Source of the DNA: an uncultured Syntrophobacterales bacterium
Lineage (GTDB): Bacteria; Desulfobacterota; Syntrophia; Syntrophales; UBA5619
Reading direction: 5' to 3'
Length of the DNA: 64,000 nucleotides
Assembly: GCA_903928915.1 (NCBI GenBank)
Contig: CAIYSL010000068.1
Coordinates: 81,005-145,004 of the forward strand
Below the pieces are notes generated by a model. That model worked only from the letters and a program-made list of their open reading frames with translations. It was not told where the DNA came from and ran no database searches. Positions 34,872 through 46,454 of the stretch are shown here, one piece after another. The translations under genes and the position numbers were made by a program. Position 1 is the stretch's first letter. Each line of letters begins with the position of its first letter.

Positions 34872-36266
34872 TCACGGGACCCGCTCCGCAAGCGTATCGG
34901 CGATCTGCAGGCGTTTCAATTTTTCCACCAGGGTGGTCCGGTTGAGGAGGAGCATCTTGGCGGCGCGGTTTTTCACCCCGCCGCTCATCCTCAGCGCCTT
35001 CAGCAGCAGATTCTTTTCGAAGTCGGCCACCAGCTGGTTGAAATCGATGCCGTCGCCGGTCCATTCGGGTAGGGTAACGGAATCGAGCGGCGTCGCATTC
35101 CGGGCGAGCTTTTCCGGCAGGTCGTCCACATCGATTTCGCCGGCCTCCTTCATCACCACCAGCATTTCCATCAGGTTTTCCAGTTCCCGCACGTTTCCCG
35201 GCCATTGATACTGCCGGATGTGCGACATGGCTGCGGGCGTTATGCCGTGCACCTGCTTCTTCTTCAGCTTGTTGAAATGGGCAAGAAAGTGGTTGGTCAG
35301 GATGGGGATGTCCATCCCCCGCTCCCGGAGGGGGGGCAGGCGGACGGGGATCACGTTGATGCGATAGTAGAGGTCCTCGCGGAACCGCCGGTCGGCCACG
35401 GCCTGTTCGAGGTTCTGGTGGGTGGCCGTGATGATCCGCACATCGGCCTGGATCGTCCGTATTCCGCCGATGCGCTCAAACTGCTTTTCCTGGATGACCC
35501 TGAGCACCTTCACCTGCAGCGAGGGACTCATATCGCCGATCTCATCCAGAAAAATCGTCCCCCCCTGGGCGAGCTCGAACCGTCCGATCCGGGTGCGGAT
35601 TGCCCCGGTAAAGGCCCCTTTCTCGTGTCCGAACAGTTCACTTTCGAGCAGTTCCTCGGGAATGGCGCCGCAATTGACGGGGATCAGGGGTTGATCCCGG
35701 CGGTCGGAGTTGAAATGAATCGAACGGGCCACCAGCTCTTTTCCGGTGCCGCTTTCGCCATAGATGATCACGGTGCTGTCCGAAGCGGACACCTTTTCGA
35801 TGGTCTGGAAGATCTTCTTCATCTGGTCGCTGTAGCCGATCATCCTGCCGAATTCGGACTTTCCCTTCAGATGGCCCTTCAGGGAGATGTTCTCCTCCCG
35901 CAGCTTGACAAACGACAGCGCCCGCTCGACGGTCAGCTTGACGAGATCATCCTTCAGCGGCTTGGTGATGTAGTCGAAGGCCCCCAGCTTCATGGCCTCC
36001 ACAGCGGTGTTGACCGTTCCGTACCCGGTGATGATGATGACCGTTGCCCGGGGATCGTCCTCCCGGATATGCTTCAGCAGAAGCAGGCCATCCATATTGG
36101 GCATCCGCAGGTCCGTGATGATCAGGTCGAATTTGTCTTCATGGTAGGTCTTCAGCGCCTGCGCGCCGTCGCTGACGGAGCGGACATCGTATGCGCCCAG
36201 GAGTTCCGCGAGGTTTTCCCTGCTTACATCGTCATCTTCCGCGATCAATATCCTGCCACGATTCAT
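34872..36266 (-). CDS. sigma-54-dependent Fis-family response regulator (NtrC class)
   Basis: REC (ILIAEDDD...LIITDLRMPNMDG...KPL), AAA+ domain with Walker A GESGTGKE and the GAFTGA loop (EKGAFTGA), C-terminal HTH. Start at 36266 preferred; alternatives at 36278 and 36281. Confidence 0.9.
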   Translation of the reverse strand: MNRGRILIAEDDDVSRENLAELLGAYDVRSVSDGAQALKTYHEDKFDLIITDLRMPNMDGLLLLKHIREDDPRATVIIITGYGTVNTAVEAMKLGAFDYITKPLKDDLVKLTVERALSFVKLREENISLKGHLKGKSEFGRMIGYSDQMKKIFQTIEKVSASDSTVIIYGESGTGKELVARSIHFNSDRRDQPLIPVNCGAIPEELLESELFGHEKGAFTGAIRTRIGRFELAQGGTIFLDEIGDMSPSLQVKVLRVIQEKQFERIGGIRTIQADVRIITATHQNLEQAVADRRFREDLYYRINVIPVRLPPLRERGMDIPILTNHFLAHFNKLKKKQVHGITPAAMSHIRQYQWPGNVRELENLMEMLVVMKEAGEIDVDDLPEKLARNATPLDSVTLPEWTGDGIDFNQLVADFEKNLLLKALRMSGGVKNRAAKMLLLNRTTLVEKLKRLQIADTLAERVP

Positions 36267-36635
36267 GTTCGACCCCATCAATGGATGAAATGGCTCGACC
36301 GACGCAACAGATACCGCTTAAGTCGTGACGGTTAACCTATCATTGAAATGCCGCTTCTGTCAAATTAATGACTGTCGCTCCATACCACAAACCGCAACCA
36401 CTTTGCAACCGCCGTATTTGATTCAGGTTAAATATCTCGCCGGCTGGCAGCGGAATAATTCATCTGCTGGCATAGAAATTGAAAAGCGATATTTGGATTT
36501 TCTCCGCGCGGATGCGACACTCGCCCCGGTGGGCGGCGTCGGGACGGGTCTTCCCGGGGGGCATCCATGCGAAGTCTGGGGGGGCCGGCCGGGCCCGTGT
36601 CCGCTCGGGTTCGAAGCGGAAAAAAAGAAAAACAG

Positions 36636-36662
36636 TAAAGTTTTTGAGCAGTATGCCGAAAG
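36636..36662 (+). promoter_or_regulatory. sigma-28 (FliA)-type promoter candidate for the che operon
   Basis: TAAAGTTT (36636-36643), 11 nt, GCCGAAAG (36655-36662). Lies 51 nt upstream of the cheR ATG. Confidence 0.55.
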
Positions 36663-36712
36663 ATCAGTGATCGACCGTACCCTGACCTTCAGCAAGAGGA
36701 CGTGTGTGAACA

Positions 36713-37537
36713 ATGCCCAATTATGAGCTAAAACCGCTCGATTTCGAGCGCATCAGCAAGCTCGTGTATGAACACTGCGGCATCAATCTGCATGACGGCA
36801 AGAAGGAACTGGTGAAGGCCCGTCTGGGAAAGAGGCTGCGGGAGGGCAACTTCGAATCGTTCTCCGATTATCACCAGTTCATCACCTCCGAAGCGGGGAC
36901 CGATGAACTGGTGGCGATGATCGATTCCATCTCCACGAACCTCACCTACTTTTTCCGGGAGGAGAGCCATTTTCACAGACTCCGCAGCATCCTCGCCGGT
37001 ATCGGTACGGATCGTGACAGGAGCGGTTCGCCGAAGCTGTTCAGGATTTGGTCTGCGGGCTGTTCTACGGGAGAGGAGCCCTATTCATTGGCGATGACCG
37101 CCAAGGAGTGCCTCAACGGGACAGACCGGGTAAAGGTCCTGGCTACCGATATCTCGACCCGGGTTCTCAAGACGGCGATGAACGGCATCTACGCGGAAGA
37201 GAAGATCAAGAATCTTCCCCTGCCGTTGATGAAGAAATTCTTCCAGATCGGATCCGGTCGCTGGGCGGGGAGTTTCCGGGTGAAGAAGGACCTCCGGGAG
37301 AGCGTGGATTTCATGCGCTTCAATCTGATGGATCAACCGCCGCCGGATTTTTCGTTTGACGTGATCTTCTGCCGGAACGTCATGATCTATTTCGATAAAC
37401 GGACGCAGGGCGTGCTGGTCAACCGATTCTATCACTGTCTGCAGAAGGGTGGATACTTTTTTATCGGCCATTCGGAAAGCCTGACAGGGTTGAATCATGC
37501 CTTCAAGTACATCGAACCAAGCGTGTATCGGAAGTGA
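36713..37537 (+). CDS. cheR: chemotaxis protein methyltransferase CheR
   Basis: 274 aa. TNLTYFFRE, IWSAGCSTGEEPYSLAM, DVIFCRNVMIYFD. Confidence 0.95.
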   Translation: MPNYELKPLDFERISKLVYEHCGINLHDGKKELVKARLGKRLREGNFESFSDYHQFITSEAGTDELVAMIDSISTNLTYFFREESHFHRLRSILAGIGTDRDRSGSPKLFRIWSAGCSTGEEPYSLAMTAKECLNGTDRVKVLATDISTRVLKTAMNGIYAEEKIKNLPLPLMKKFFQIGSGRWAGSFRVKKDLRESVDFMRFNLMDQPPPDFSFDVIFCRNVMIYFDKRTQGVLVNRFYHCLQKGGYFFIGHSESLTGLNHAFKYIEPSVYRK

Positions 37538-37540
37538 GTT

Positions 37541-38023
37541 ATGAGTGACGTCGTTGTCGGGATTTCCGATTTGAAGGTCAGCAGCGGGGAGCAGGATTGC
37601 CTGGTGACCTATGCGCTGGGGTCTTGCATCGCCGTGGCAGTTTATGATCCGGTCGTGAAGGTGGGCGGGCTGCTCCATTACATGCTTCCCGATTCAACGT
37701 TGGATGCGGAAAAGGCCAGGCAGCACCCCGGGATGTTCGCCGATACCGGCATTCCGCTGCTGTTCAAATCCTGTTACAAGCTCGGCGCGGAGAAAAAACG
37801 GATGATCGTCAAGATTGCCGGCGGCGCCAGGATCATGGACGACATGAACTATTTCCGGATCGGACAGAAGAATCTGACGGCGCTGCGCAAGATCTTCTGG
37901 AAGAACAACGTCCTGATCGACGCGGAGGATACCGGGGAGAACTTCAATCGGACGGTCCGCTTGGAGGTAGCGAGCGGCAAATTTCTGGTCAAGGGTTTGG
38001 GCGGAACGATAAAGGAGCTGTAA
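37541..38023 (+). CDS. cheD: chemoreceptor glutamine deamidase CheD
   Basis: 160 aa. LGSCIAV..YDP..KVGGLLHYMLP, ...YADTGIPLL-like, KIAGGA.M. Confidence 0.9.
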   Translation: MSDVVVGISDLKVSSGEQDCLVTYALGSCIAVAVYDPVVKVGGLLHYMLPDSTLDAEKARQHPGMFADTGIPLLFKSCYKLGAEKKRMIVKIAGGARIMDDMNYFRIGQKNLTALRKIFWKNNVLIDAEDTGENFNRTVRLEVASGKFLVKGLGGTIKEL

Positions 38024-38868
38024 TGCTAGAGAAAATCTTGCGATCCATTCAGCGCGTTCCTGCATTCCCGATGACGATTCAGAAGGTAACGGAGCTTCTG
38101 CGGGATGAGGATTATTCCGTCCAAGAGGTCACCCAGGTCATCCGGTACGACCAGGCGATAACGGCGAACATCCTGCGCACGTGCAACTCGGCGTATTTCG
38201 GCGTCCGCTCCCGGATCGGAACGCTCAACGACGCCGTGATGTACCTCGGAAAAGACAACATCATCCGCGCCGTACAGACGTCCGGGGTATCGCGCTTCTA
38301 CAAGAAAGCTGCCGAAGGGTATGTGCCGCGGGCGAGCGACCTGTGGACCCATTCGGTATCCGTGGGGCTGATGTCGCAGATCCTCTACAAGAAGATCTAT
38401 CAACAGGAGCAGCCGGTTCTGTACACCGCGGCGCTTCTGCATGACGTGGGTAAGGTGATCCTCGGCGAGTATGTCCATAAATCATTCGATGAAATCATGG
38501 ACTTAGTTGGCCGGGAGGGGTGTTCTTTCCTGGAAGCGGAAGAAAAACTATTTGGCATAAATCATGCAATAATTGGGGAGAAGATTGCCGAACAATGGAA
38601 TTTCCCCGAGGAAATCAGCAGTGCGATCGGGTCGCATCATCGCCCCGATCTCCTCGCAGACCACGCGGCAGTCTTCCCCTGGCTCGTCTACCTGGCGGAC
38701 CAGATAAGTTCGATGATGGGGGTCGGCGGGGGACAGGACGGCCTTGCCTACCGGGCCGTCAGTGAAGTGGCGGAACGATTCGACCTGCGGGATAAGGACA
38801 TCGAGGTCTGTATGGTCCAGTTGTTCGAAGATATGGAGAAAGCCAGGGAGCTGATGGCCATCGTCTGA
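38023..38868 (+). CDS. HDOD-domain protein
   Basis: 281 aa. ATG overlaps the cheD stop (TAATG). LRSIQRVPAFPMTIQKVTELLRDEDYSVQEVTQVIRYDQAITANILRTCNSAYFG and LLHDVGKVILG...HAIIGEKIA. Confidence 0.85.
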   Translation: MLEKILRSIQRVPAFPMTIQKVTELLRDEDYSVQEVTQVIRYDQAITANILRTCNSAYFGVRSRIGTLNDAVMYLGKDNIIRAVQTSGVSRFYKKAAEGYVPRASDLWTHSVSVGLMSQILYKKIYQQEQPVLYTAALLHDVGKVILGEYVHKSFDEIMDLVGREGCSFLEAEEKLFGINHAIIGEKIAEQWNFPEEISSAIGSHHRPDLLADHAAVFPWLVYLADQISSMMGVGGGQDGLAYRAVSEVAERFDLRDKDIEVCMVQLFEDMEKARELMAIV

Positions 38869-38898
38869 ACTCATATTCGATGAAAAAAGGGTAAAGCC

Positions 38899-39330
38899 AT
38901 GTCATTCAATGTTCTGATAGTCGACGATTCATTCTCGATGCGGTCCGTCATCAAGAAGGTCCTTTCCCTCTCGGGATTCCGCATGGACCGATGCTTCGAT
39001 GCGGGCAACGGCCGCGAAGGCTTGGCGGTCTTGGAGAAGGAGTGGGTGGACATCATCCTTTCGGACATCAACATGCCGGAGATGAACGGTCTGGAGATGC
39101 TGAGCAGGATGAAGCAGAACCCCGTGTATCAGAATATCCCCGTGATCGTAATCTCGACTGAGGGCAGCGAGGAGCGGGTGAATGAAGCATTCTGCAACGG
39201 AGCGAAGGGGTTCATCAAGAAGCCGTTCCTCCCCGAGGATTTGAAAAGAACATTACACGATGTGCTGGGAGTTGATGCCGATGGAAACTATGCAGACGAT
39301 CAGAAAGGTTCTAACGACCTCGACTTTTGA
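38899..39330 (+). CDS. cheY: CheY-like single-domain response regulator
   Basis: VLIVDDS, ILSDINMPEMNG, VIVISTEG, IKKPF. All receiver signature residues are present. Confidence 0.9.
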   Translation: MSFNVLIVDDSFSMRSVIKKVLSLSGFRMDRCFDAGNGREGLAVLEKEWVDIILSDINMPEMNGLEMLSRMKQNPVYQNIPVIVISTEGSEERVNEAFCNGAKGFIKKPFLPEDLKRTLHDVLGVDADGNYADDQKGSNDLDF

Positions 39331-39766
39331 TGTCTTCGAGAAGATGTTCTTCATCTTCCTGGAGTTATCCGACAAGGGGGGGCAGCAGTGCGACCTGGTA
39401 ACCTCGATCAGCTTTTCCGGACCCGCCTCCGGGGAGATCAGCCTCGGTTTTTCCGAATCGCTGGCGCGCGCGATGGTGGAAAATATGCTGGGGGTGAAAC
39501 GGGAGGAGGTCACCCGGGCCATGACGGAGGATTGCGCGAAGGAGGCGGTCAACATGATCGGCGGACAGTTCCTCCGCACCTTCGATGCGAGCAAGGTCTT
39601 CAACATGTCAACGCCGGTCTGTTCGACCGACGCGGCGGCCGATCAGCAGGCGGGCCAGGGTCAGGCAATCGCCCAGTGCCTGAACTTTGAATGCGAAAAG
39701 GGGTGCCTCCGTATCCGGCTCAGGCTGCGGTCCGAAGATCCCGGGACGAGCGCGGGTCGGCCGTAG
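39281..39766 (+). CDS. cheX: CheX/CheC-family CheY-P phosphatase-like protein
   Basis: Active-site-type motif D-x3-E-x2-N (EDCAKEAVNMIGG) with a Pro about 21 residues later. The N-terminal helix aligns with the second CheX. Start at M8 or M11 of the track ORF, overlapping the cheY 3' end by about 40-50 nt. Confidence 0.65.
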   Translation: METMQTIRKVLTTSTFDVFEKMFFIFLELSDKGGQQCDLVTSISFSGPASGEISLGFSESLARAMVENMLGVKREEVTRAMTEDCAKEAVNMIGGQFLRTFDASKVFNMSTPVCSTDAAADQQAGQGQAIAQCLNFECEKGCLRIRLRLRSEDPGTSAGRP

Positions 39767-39886
39767 GCGTGCCGCGAGGGCGGAAAGCTCCCGGAGCCGC
39801 TCCGCGCGCAGCGGGGTTGCGGCCGGGGGGCGAATGCCGGCGGAGTGAAGAAACCGGTGGGGTACTCCACTATCCATAGGACGTGA

Positions 39887-40921
<1,035 letters not shown>

Positions 40922-40922
40922 T

Positions 40923-43109
40923 ATGGACCAGATTGTCGCCCTGCTCAACGATATTACCTCCGATTTTCTGTTTCTCAACCCCGATGACGTGGATGTGCCG
41001 ACTGCGGGAAAGTTCATGAACAAGCTCGACGCCATCACGAAGGAGGCCGAACAGGCGAAGGCGGCGCCCGTGAAGGCGATCGCGGTGAGCCTGAACAACA
41101 TCCTGGAAAAGATAGTCCTCGACAAGCTCGAGGACAAGCCGCGGGCGTTGCAGATTTTTACCCGGGGGATCTCGGTCATGCAGGAGATTCTCGATCACCA
41201 GCGGAACAGCGGGACGTTCGCGGGGGACATAACCGACGTGCTCGCCGAGATCGCCGCGGTCACCGGGATCTCGCCTCCGGTGGAAGAGGCGGGGGCGCCG
41301 CCGCAACCGGAGCCGGCCGCTGCGGCCGAGGAAAAGACCGGCTTGGCGGAGATTCCCGACGAGGCGCTGCTCAAGGATTTCATCACCGAAGCACTCGAGT
41401 ATATCGACGAGATCGAGCTGAACGTGCTGAATATGGAACAGAACCCGGAGGACAAGGAGTATGTCAATGCCGTCTTCCGGCCGTTCCACTCCATCAAAGG
41501 CGTGGCGGGGTTCCTGAATCTCACGGACATCCGCGATCTGGCCCACAACCTGGAAAATCTGCTCGACAGGGTCAGGAACGACGAGCAGGCGGTGACCAGG
41601 GCGCTCATCGACGTGGTCCTGGACGGGGCCGATACCCTCAAGACGATGATCGGCCTGTTGACGAAGCCGGCAGAGGTGCGCAAGAGGGAACTCGCGCGGG
41701 TCAACGTGACCGATCTGGTCCGGCGCATCAAGGGGGTGGATTCCGGCGCCGACGCGGGCCAAGTCAAGAAGATCGGGGAAATCCTCGTCCAGGACGGGGT
41801 GATCAACGAAGAGGTCCTGAACGAGGGGTTGGAAAAGGCCAAGACGCCACCGGAGAGGAAACTCGGCGAAGTCCTGATCAACGACGGGAAGGCGACGCCC
41901 AAGCAGGTCGCCCAGGCCCTGCGGAAGCAAGAAGAAACCACGGCCGACAAAACGACCGTGCGGGTCGATGTCCGGAAATTGGACGACCTCATCGACATGG
42001 TAGGGGAACTGGTCATCACCCATTCCATGATCCAGCAGAACTTCACCGGCCAGGGGCAGGTCGATCGCAACCTGATGCGCAGTATCGCGCAGCTTACTAA
42101 CATCACCTCGGGGCTGCAGCAGACGTCGATGAGCCTGCGGATGGTCCCGATCAAACAGACGTTCCAGCGCATGTCCCGGCTGGTGCGGGATCTGGCGAAG
42201 AATTCCGGGAAACTCGTCGCCATCGAACTGCAGGGCGAGGAAACGGAGATCGACCGGAACATGGTCGACGAGATCTACAACCCCATGGTCCATATGGTGC
42301 GCAATTCGCTCGATCATGGCCTCGAGCGGCCGGATGAGCGGATCGGCCTCGGCAAGCCGGAGAAGGGAACGCTCTCGCTGAAGGCCTATCACCGCGGCGG
42401 GTGCATCATGATCGAGATCAGCGACGACGGCCGGGGGCTGAACCGTGAGCGGATCCTGGCCAAGGCCATCCAGAATGGGGTCATCCAGAGCGGGGACGGC
42501 ATGACGGATCAGGAAGTCTGGCGGTTGATCTTCCATCCGGGTCTTTCCACCGCCGAGAAGGTGACGGACATCTCGGGGCGGGGCGTGGGGATGGACATCG
42601 TGCGGTGCGCCGTAGAAAAGCTGCGCGGCAAGATCGACATCGAAAGCACCAACGGCCAAGGCACAACCTTCGTCCTGCGCTTCCCCTTGACCATGGCGAT
42701 CATCGATGGGATGATCGTTAAGGTGGGGCCCGAACGGTTCATCCTTCCGATCACGGCCATTCGCCAGGTGATGCGGCCCGTCGAAGCGGCGTACACGAGC
42801 ATCGCCGGCAGGGGCGAGGTGATGAACGTCATGGGCCACCTGTTCCCGCTGGTGCGGCTGTATGAGTTGTTCGGCATCGAGCCGGAGCGGCGCAACCCCT
42901 GGGAGGCCATCGTTGTCGTCGTCGACGGGGGGGATCGCGCCAAATGCCTGCTCGTCGATCAGATCATCGGCAAGGCGGAAGTGGTGATCAAAGGCCTCGG
43001 TGAGGGGCTGAAGGAGCTCAAGGGGATCTCCGGCGGCGCGATCCTCGGTGACGGCCAGATCGGGTTGATCCTCGACCCGGACGGATTGTTCGAATTGAGC
43101 GAAGCATAG
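40923..43109 (+). CDS. cheA: chemotaxis histidine kinase CheA (N-terminal extension, Hpt, dimerisation, HATPase, CheW-like)
   Basis: Hpt His in [13 protein letters not shown] at about residue 189. [23 protein letters not shown], and a C-terminal CheW-like domain (...[17 protein letters not shown]). Confidence 0.95.
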   Translation: MDQIVALLNDITSDFLFLNPDDVDVPTAGKFMNKLDAITKEAEQAKAAPVKAIAVSLNNILEKIVLDKLEDKPRALQIFTRGISVMQEILDHQRNSGTFAGDITDVLAEIAAVTGISPPVEEAGAPPQPEPAAAAEEKTGLAEIPDEALLKDFITEALEYIDEIELNVLNMEQNPEDKEYVNAVFRPFHSIKGVAGFLNLTDIRDLAHNLENLLDRVRNDEQAVTRALIDVVLDGADTLKTMIGLLTKPAEVRKRELARVNVTDLVRRIKGVDSGADAGQVKKIGEILVQDGVINEEVLNEGLEKAKTPPERKLGEVLINDGKATPKQVAQALRKQEETTADKTTVRVDVRKLDDLIDMVGELVITHSMIQQNFTGQGQVDRNLMRSIAQLTNITSGLQQTSMSLRMVPIKQTFQRMSRLVRDLAKNSGKLVAIELQGEETEIDRNMVDEIYNPMVHMVRNSLDHGLERPDERIGLGKPEKGTLSLKAYHRGGCIMIEISDDGRGLNRERILAKAIQNGVIQSGDGMTDQEVWRLIFHPGLSTAEKVTDISGRGVGMDIVRCAVEKLRGKIDIESTNGQGTTFVLRFPLTMAIIDGMIVKVGPERFILPITAIRQVMRPVEAAYTSIAGRGEVMNVMGHLFPLVRLYELFGIEPERRNPWEAIVVVVDGGDRAKCLLVDQIIGKAEVVIKGLGEGLKELKGISGGAILGDGQIGLILDPDGLFELSEA

Positions 43110-43228
43110 TCAGAAAACGCCGCAGGCAGTTTCCGGCAGAGGGAGCCCCGGTCAAGGGTACGGGGCCCGGAATGATCAGGGCAACCCTGGTATACGCCCG
43201 GCATAATCAACAGCGAGGAGAGGGGAGA

Positions 43229-43612
43229 ATGGAGAACAAGGCAATAAAGATTTTGGTGGTGGATGATTTCGCGACGATGCGAAAAGTCGTGCGGAATCTG
43301 TTGAAGCAGATCGGCTACGAAAACATCGTCGAGGCCGAGGACGGGGTATCCGCCCTCAAGCTCCTGAAGTCCCAGAAGGTCGACTTCATCGTATCCGACT
43401 GGAACATGCCGAACATGACGGGCCTGGATCTCCTCAAGGCAGTTCGGGCGGACAGCGAATTGAGCGCAACCCCCTTTCTGATGGTGACCGCGGAAGCGCT
43501 GCAGGATAATGTTGTGGCGGCGGTCCGGGCCGGGGTCAGCAACTACATCGTCAAACCCTTCACCGCAGAGACGCTGAACGGGAAAATCCAGAAGATCATG
43601 GAAAAAATATAA
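43229..43612 (+). CDS. cheY: chemotaxis response regulator CheY
   Basis: Start at [18 protein letters not shown] (GAGGAGAGGGG RBS). [24 protein letters not shown]. Close to the canonical E. coli-type CheY pattern. Confidence 0.95.
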   Translation: MENKAIKILVVDDFATMRKVVRNLLKQIGYENIVEAEDGVSALKLLKSQKVDFIVSDWNMPNMTGLDLLKAVRADSELSATPFLMVTAEALQDNVVAAVRAGVSNYIVKPFTAETLNGKIQKIMEKI

Positions 43613-43642
43613 CGCGGTGAATCCGTTGGGAAAGGACAACGC

Positions 43643-44113
43643 ATGGACGTCAGGTTTGTCAACGCCTTTTTGGAAGGAACGCTCAACGTACTCAAGACGA
43701 TGGCCTTTATCGAACCGAGGCCGGGAAAACCCTATCTGAAGCAGGACAACATCGCCGTGGGCGACATATCGGGGATCATCGGAATGACCGGCGCGGCACG
43801 AGGGTCGCTGGCACTGAGTTTCAGCGGGAGCTGCATCCTCCGGGTTGTGTCGAACATGCTGGGTGAGGAGATCACCGACCTCAATGCGGACATCCAGGAT
43901 GCCGTGGGAGAGATCACCAACATGATTTCGGGGGCGGCGCGGAAGAATCTCGAAGCGAAAGGGTTCAACATCACCGCGGCGATACCGACGGTGGTGTTCG
44001 GGTCGGGGCATTCGATCATCCATGTCATGGGCGGGCCGAGCATCATCATCCCCTTCGAGACTGATTACGGCCCCTTCGTCGTGGATATCTGCATCAGCGA
44101 CGCGAAGGCGTAG
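43643..44113 (+). CDS. cheX: chemotaxis phosphatase CheX
   Basis: 156 aa. MDVRFVNAFLEGTLNVL... and the catalytic motif D-x3-E-x2-N (QDAVGEITNMISG) with a Pro about 22 residues later. Confidence 0.85.
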   Translation: MDVRFVNAFLEGTLNVLKTMAFIEPRPGKPYLKQDNIAVGDISGIIGMTGAARGSLALSFSGSCILRVVSNMLGEEITDLNADIQDAVGEITNMISGAARKNLEAKGFNITAAIPTVVFGSGHSIIHVMGGPSIIIPFETDYGPFVVDICISDAKA

Positions 44114-44125
44114 CAGTCGCGCGGT

Positions 44126-44920
44126 TCATTCCAGGTTCCCGGACGGCCGCTGGAGGATGATGCTGATCCGGCGGTTCCGGGGATCCTTGGGGTCGAGCTT
44201 GATGAACAGCTCCTGATCGGCGTACCCCACGACACGGGCAATGCGTTCCGGCCCGATCCCGTTCGCCTCCAGGATCCGCCGCGCCGAAGAGGCCCGGTCC
44301 GTCGATAGCTCCCAGTTGGTGGTCCGGCTGCTGCGAAACGGGGAGGCATCGGTGTGACCTTCGATCACGACCCGGTTCGGAATGTCGGCGACGTTTTCGG
44401 CGACCAGCCGCAAAATCTCCAGGGCTTTGTCCGTCGGGGACGCGCTTCCCGAGAGAAACATCTGGCTTCCCTCGGCGTCTACGATCTGGATCCGAACCCC
44501 CTCATCGGTGATATCGACCAGGACCTGATTGCGCGCAGAGCCCAGTCGTTCCTGCACGGCAGTTTTCAACCGCTTGGACAGGTCCTCGGCGGAGAGCGAC
44601 TTTACCATGGCCTCGGCGGCCCGTTTCCTGCTCGCCTTGGTCATGCTCTCCCCGCTGTCGATGGCCTGATTCGACCCGCTCATGAACGAATGCCCCGAAA
44701 GCGACGTCCCGACGTTGAAGACGTCGAAGGTCTTGAAGTACATGGAAACGGCGGCCCGTTTTTCGGGAGAGGCCATGGATAACAGCCACATCAACAGGAA
44801 GAAGGCCATCATCGCGGTGACGAAATCTGCGTAGGCCACCTTCCAGGACCCGCCGTGATGCTCGCCGTGTTTCTTTTTCTTCTTCTTGACGATGATCGGT
44901 TTTGCCTGTGATCCTTCCAT
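44126..44920 (-). CDS. motB: flagellar stator protein MotB (OmpA-like C-terminus)
   Basis: WKVAYADFVTAMMAFFLLMWLL (plug/TM with the conserved Asp) and an OmpA-like peptidoglycan-binding C-terminus (GHTD...N..LS..RA). Confidence 0.9.
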   Translation of the reverse strand: MEGSQAKPIIVKKKKKKHGEHHGGSWKVAYADFVTAMMAFFLLMWLLSMASPEKRAAVSMYFKTFDVFNVGTSLSGHSFMSGSNQAIDSGESMTKASRKRAAEAMVKSLSAEDLSKRLKTAVQERLGSARNQVLVDITDEGVRIQIVDAEGSQMFLSGSASPTDKALEILRLVAENVADIPNRVVIEGHTDASPFRSSRTTNWELSTDRASSARRILEANGIGPERIARVVGYADQELFIKLDPKDPRNRRISIILQRPSGNLE

Positions 44921-44923
44921 CGG

Positions 44924-45781
44924 TTATTTCTTGCCCTTTCGGAACACCTCTTCCAGCTCGAGGAACGTGGGCTTCTCGTGCGCGGGGATGACCCTCCGGC
45001 CGAATTCGACGGCCACCTTGGGGGCTGCCCCGCCGATGAATGCAAGCAGCGAAACCTTCAGGACGTTCAAATACTCGAGCTCGTCCATGGCCAGGTGTTC
45101 GCAGTTTCTGGCCATCGGGCCGACGAACCCGTAGCAGAGAAGGACCCCCAGAAAGGTGCCGACGAGCGCGGCGCCGATGCTCATCCCGAGGACCTCCGGC
45201 GGCTCGCTGAGTTTGCCCATCGTCAACACTACCCCCAGTACGGCGGCGACGATCCCCAGTCCGGGGAGGGAGTCCGCCACCATGTTGATGGCCTTGGAGG
45301 GGATCAGGAGTTCGTTCTCATGGGCCTCCAACTCGCTGTCGATCAGGGCTTCCAGTTCGTGCTGGGCAATCGTGGTGCTCATGACGGTTCGCAGCGTATC
45401 CGTTATCAGGTTGATCGCCCGGGGGTTGTTCAGCACCTTCGGGTACGTCTTGAACAGGCTGCTTTCGTTCGGCTGGTCCACGTCGGATTCGATCGACACG
45501 AGCCCCTGCTGGCGGATCTTGTTGAACATGCCGGTGAGCAGACCCAGGACCTCGACATAGTCTTCCTTACTGAAGGTTTTCGCGCTGAGCATCTTGACGA
45601 AGGCGGCCAGAACGAGTTTTATCACTTTGGGCGGATTGGCGATGATGAACCCGCCGACCGCTGACCCGCCGATGATCAGCAGTTCGACCGGCTGGAACAG
45701 GACGGAGAGGTTCCCGTGCTCCAGCAGATACCCTCCGACAACGCACACAGCGACGATGCAGCTACCGACGATCGTGAACAT
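44924..45781 (-). CDS. motA: flagellar stator protein MotA
   Basis: 285 aa with four TM helices. C-terminal LGVVLTMGKL....LG..IGAALVGTFLGVLL matches the MotA/TolQ/ExbB channel family. Confidence 0.9.
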   Translation of the reverse strand: MFTIVGSCIVAVCVVGGYLLEHGNLSVLFQPVELLIIGGSAVGGFIIANPPKVIKLVLAAFVKMLSAKTFSKEDYVEVLGLLTGMFNKIRQQGLVSIESDVDQPNESSLFKTYPKVLNNPRAINLITDTLRTVMSTTIAQHELEALIDSELEAHENELLIPSKAINMVADSLPGLGIVAAVLGVVLTMGKLSEPPEVLGMSIGAALVGTFLGVLLCYGFVGPMARNCEHLAMDELEYLNVLKVSLLAFIGGAAPKVAVEFGRRVIPAHEKPTFLELEEVFRKGKK

Positions 45782-46336
45782 CTATTCCCACTGCCCCTTC
45801 CTGCCGCGGAGGATTTCCCGCTCCTGTTCGAAGACGAAACGGATTACCTCCTCTTGAATCGTCTCATCCATCCGGATGAACTGTACCGCCGTACTGTAGG
45901 TGCCGTCCGGGCCCTGCTCGGCTACGCCGGACACCGTCGCGTACACGCAGAAGGCGCCGGCATGAAGCGGGAAAAGCACCATCCTGATCTCCAGCATGTC
46001 GCCCTGCTGGTACCGTTGACGGGACGAAAACCGGAGCCCCCCTCCGCCTATGTTGATGCACTCGCACGGCAGGTCGGCGATTCCTTCCCGATCGAGCGTC
46101 AGGATCCGGATGAGCGTATCCAGCTTTCCGTTCAGGAGTGTCAGCCAGGCGGCGATTGCCGGGTCCTTGACTTCCGGCAGAGGTTCGTGGTTCGCGTATG
46201 CCGCCGAACCGGATAGGTGCGACCGGACTTTTTTCTGTTCATCCGGCGGGACGAGCCGGCATGCGAAGGGTATGCAGACCTCGACGCGGCAATACTCCCG
46301 CCGATTTTCCCCCGGTGTTTCGTCGTCCATGGACAT
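45782..46336 (-). CDS. PilZ-domain (c-di-GMP receptor-like) protein
   Basis: 184 aa from MSMDDETPG (ATG 46336, GAGGAG RBS). RxxxR motif in NRREYCR and an (D/N)-x-(S/G)-x-x-G-type motif in INIGGGGLRF. Its stop abuts the motA ATG. The upstream 307 codons of the track ORF are rejected. Confidence 0.75.
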   Translation of the reverse strand: MSMDDETPGENRREYCRVEVCIPFACRLVPPDEQKKVRSHLSGSAAYANHEPLPEVKDPAIAAWLTLLNGKLDTLIRILTLDREGIADLPCECINIGGGGLRFSSRQRYQQGDMLEIRMVLFPLHAGAFCVYATVSGVAEQGPDGTYSTAVQFIRMDETIQEEVIRFVFEQEREILRGRKGQWE

Positions 46337-46454
46337 GGCAATCTCCTCGGTCGCCTGCGTCGGTCCTGCGGAACGCTGCGGGGCCGCGATCCGTTGCCGC
46401 CGGCCCTGCGTGCCGCCGGCAATCTTCTGCCCGATCATTTTCTCCCGGATATAA

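Noticed and set aside
36468-36483. TGGCAT-agaaa-TTGAA, a sigma-54-like element upstream of cheR
   Set aside because: The -12 element has GA instead of the invariant GC. A much better sigma-28 match lies closer to cheR (36636-36662).
36600-36630. CCGCTCGGGTTCGAAGCGG, which resembles a tRNA T-arm (GTTCGAA)
   Set aside because: The stem-loop geometry is wrong (5-bp stem, about 9-nt loop). No acceptor, D or anticodon arms could be built around it. It is followed by an A-run, not CCA.
43188-43203. TGGTAT-acgcc-CGGCA, a sigma-54-like element upstream of the second cheY
   Set aside because: The GG/GC spacing is correct but both half-sites are degenerate (TGGTAT, CGGCA). It lies only 25 nt from the ATG, overlapping the RBS region. 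Read-through from cheA is more likely.
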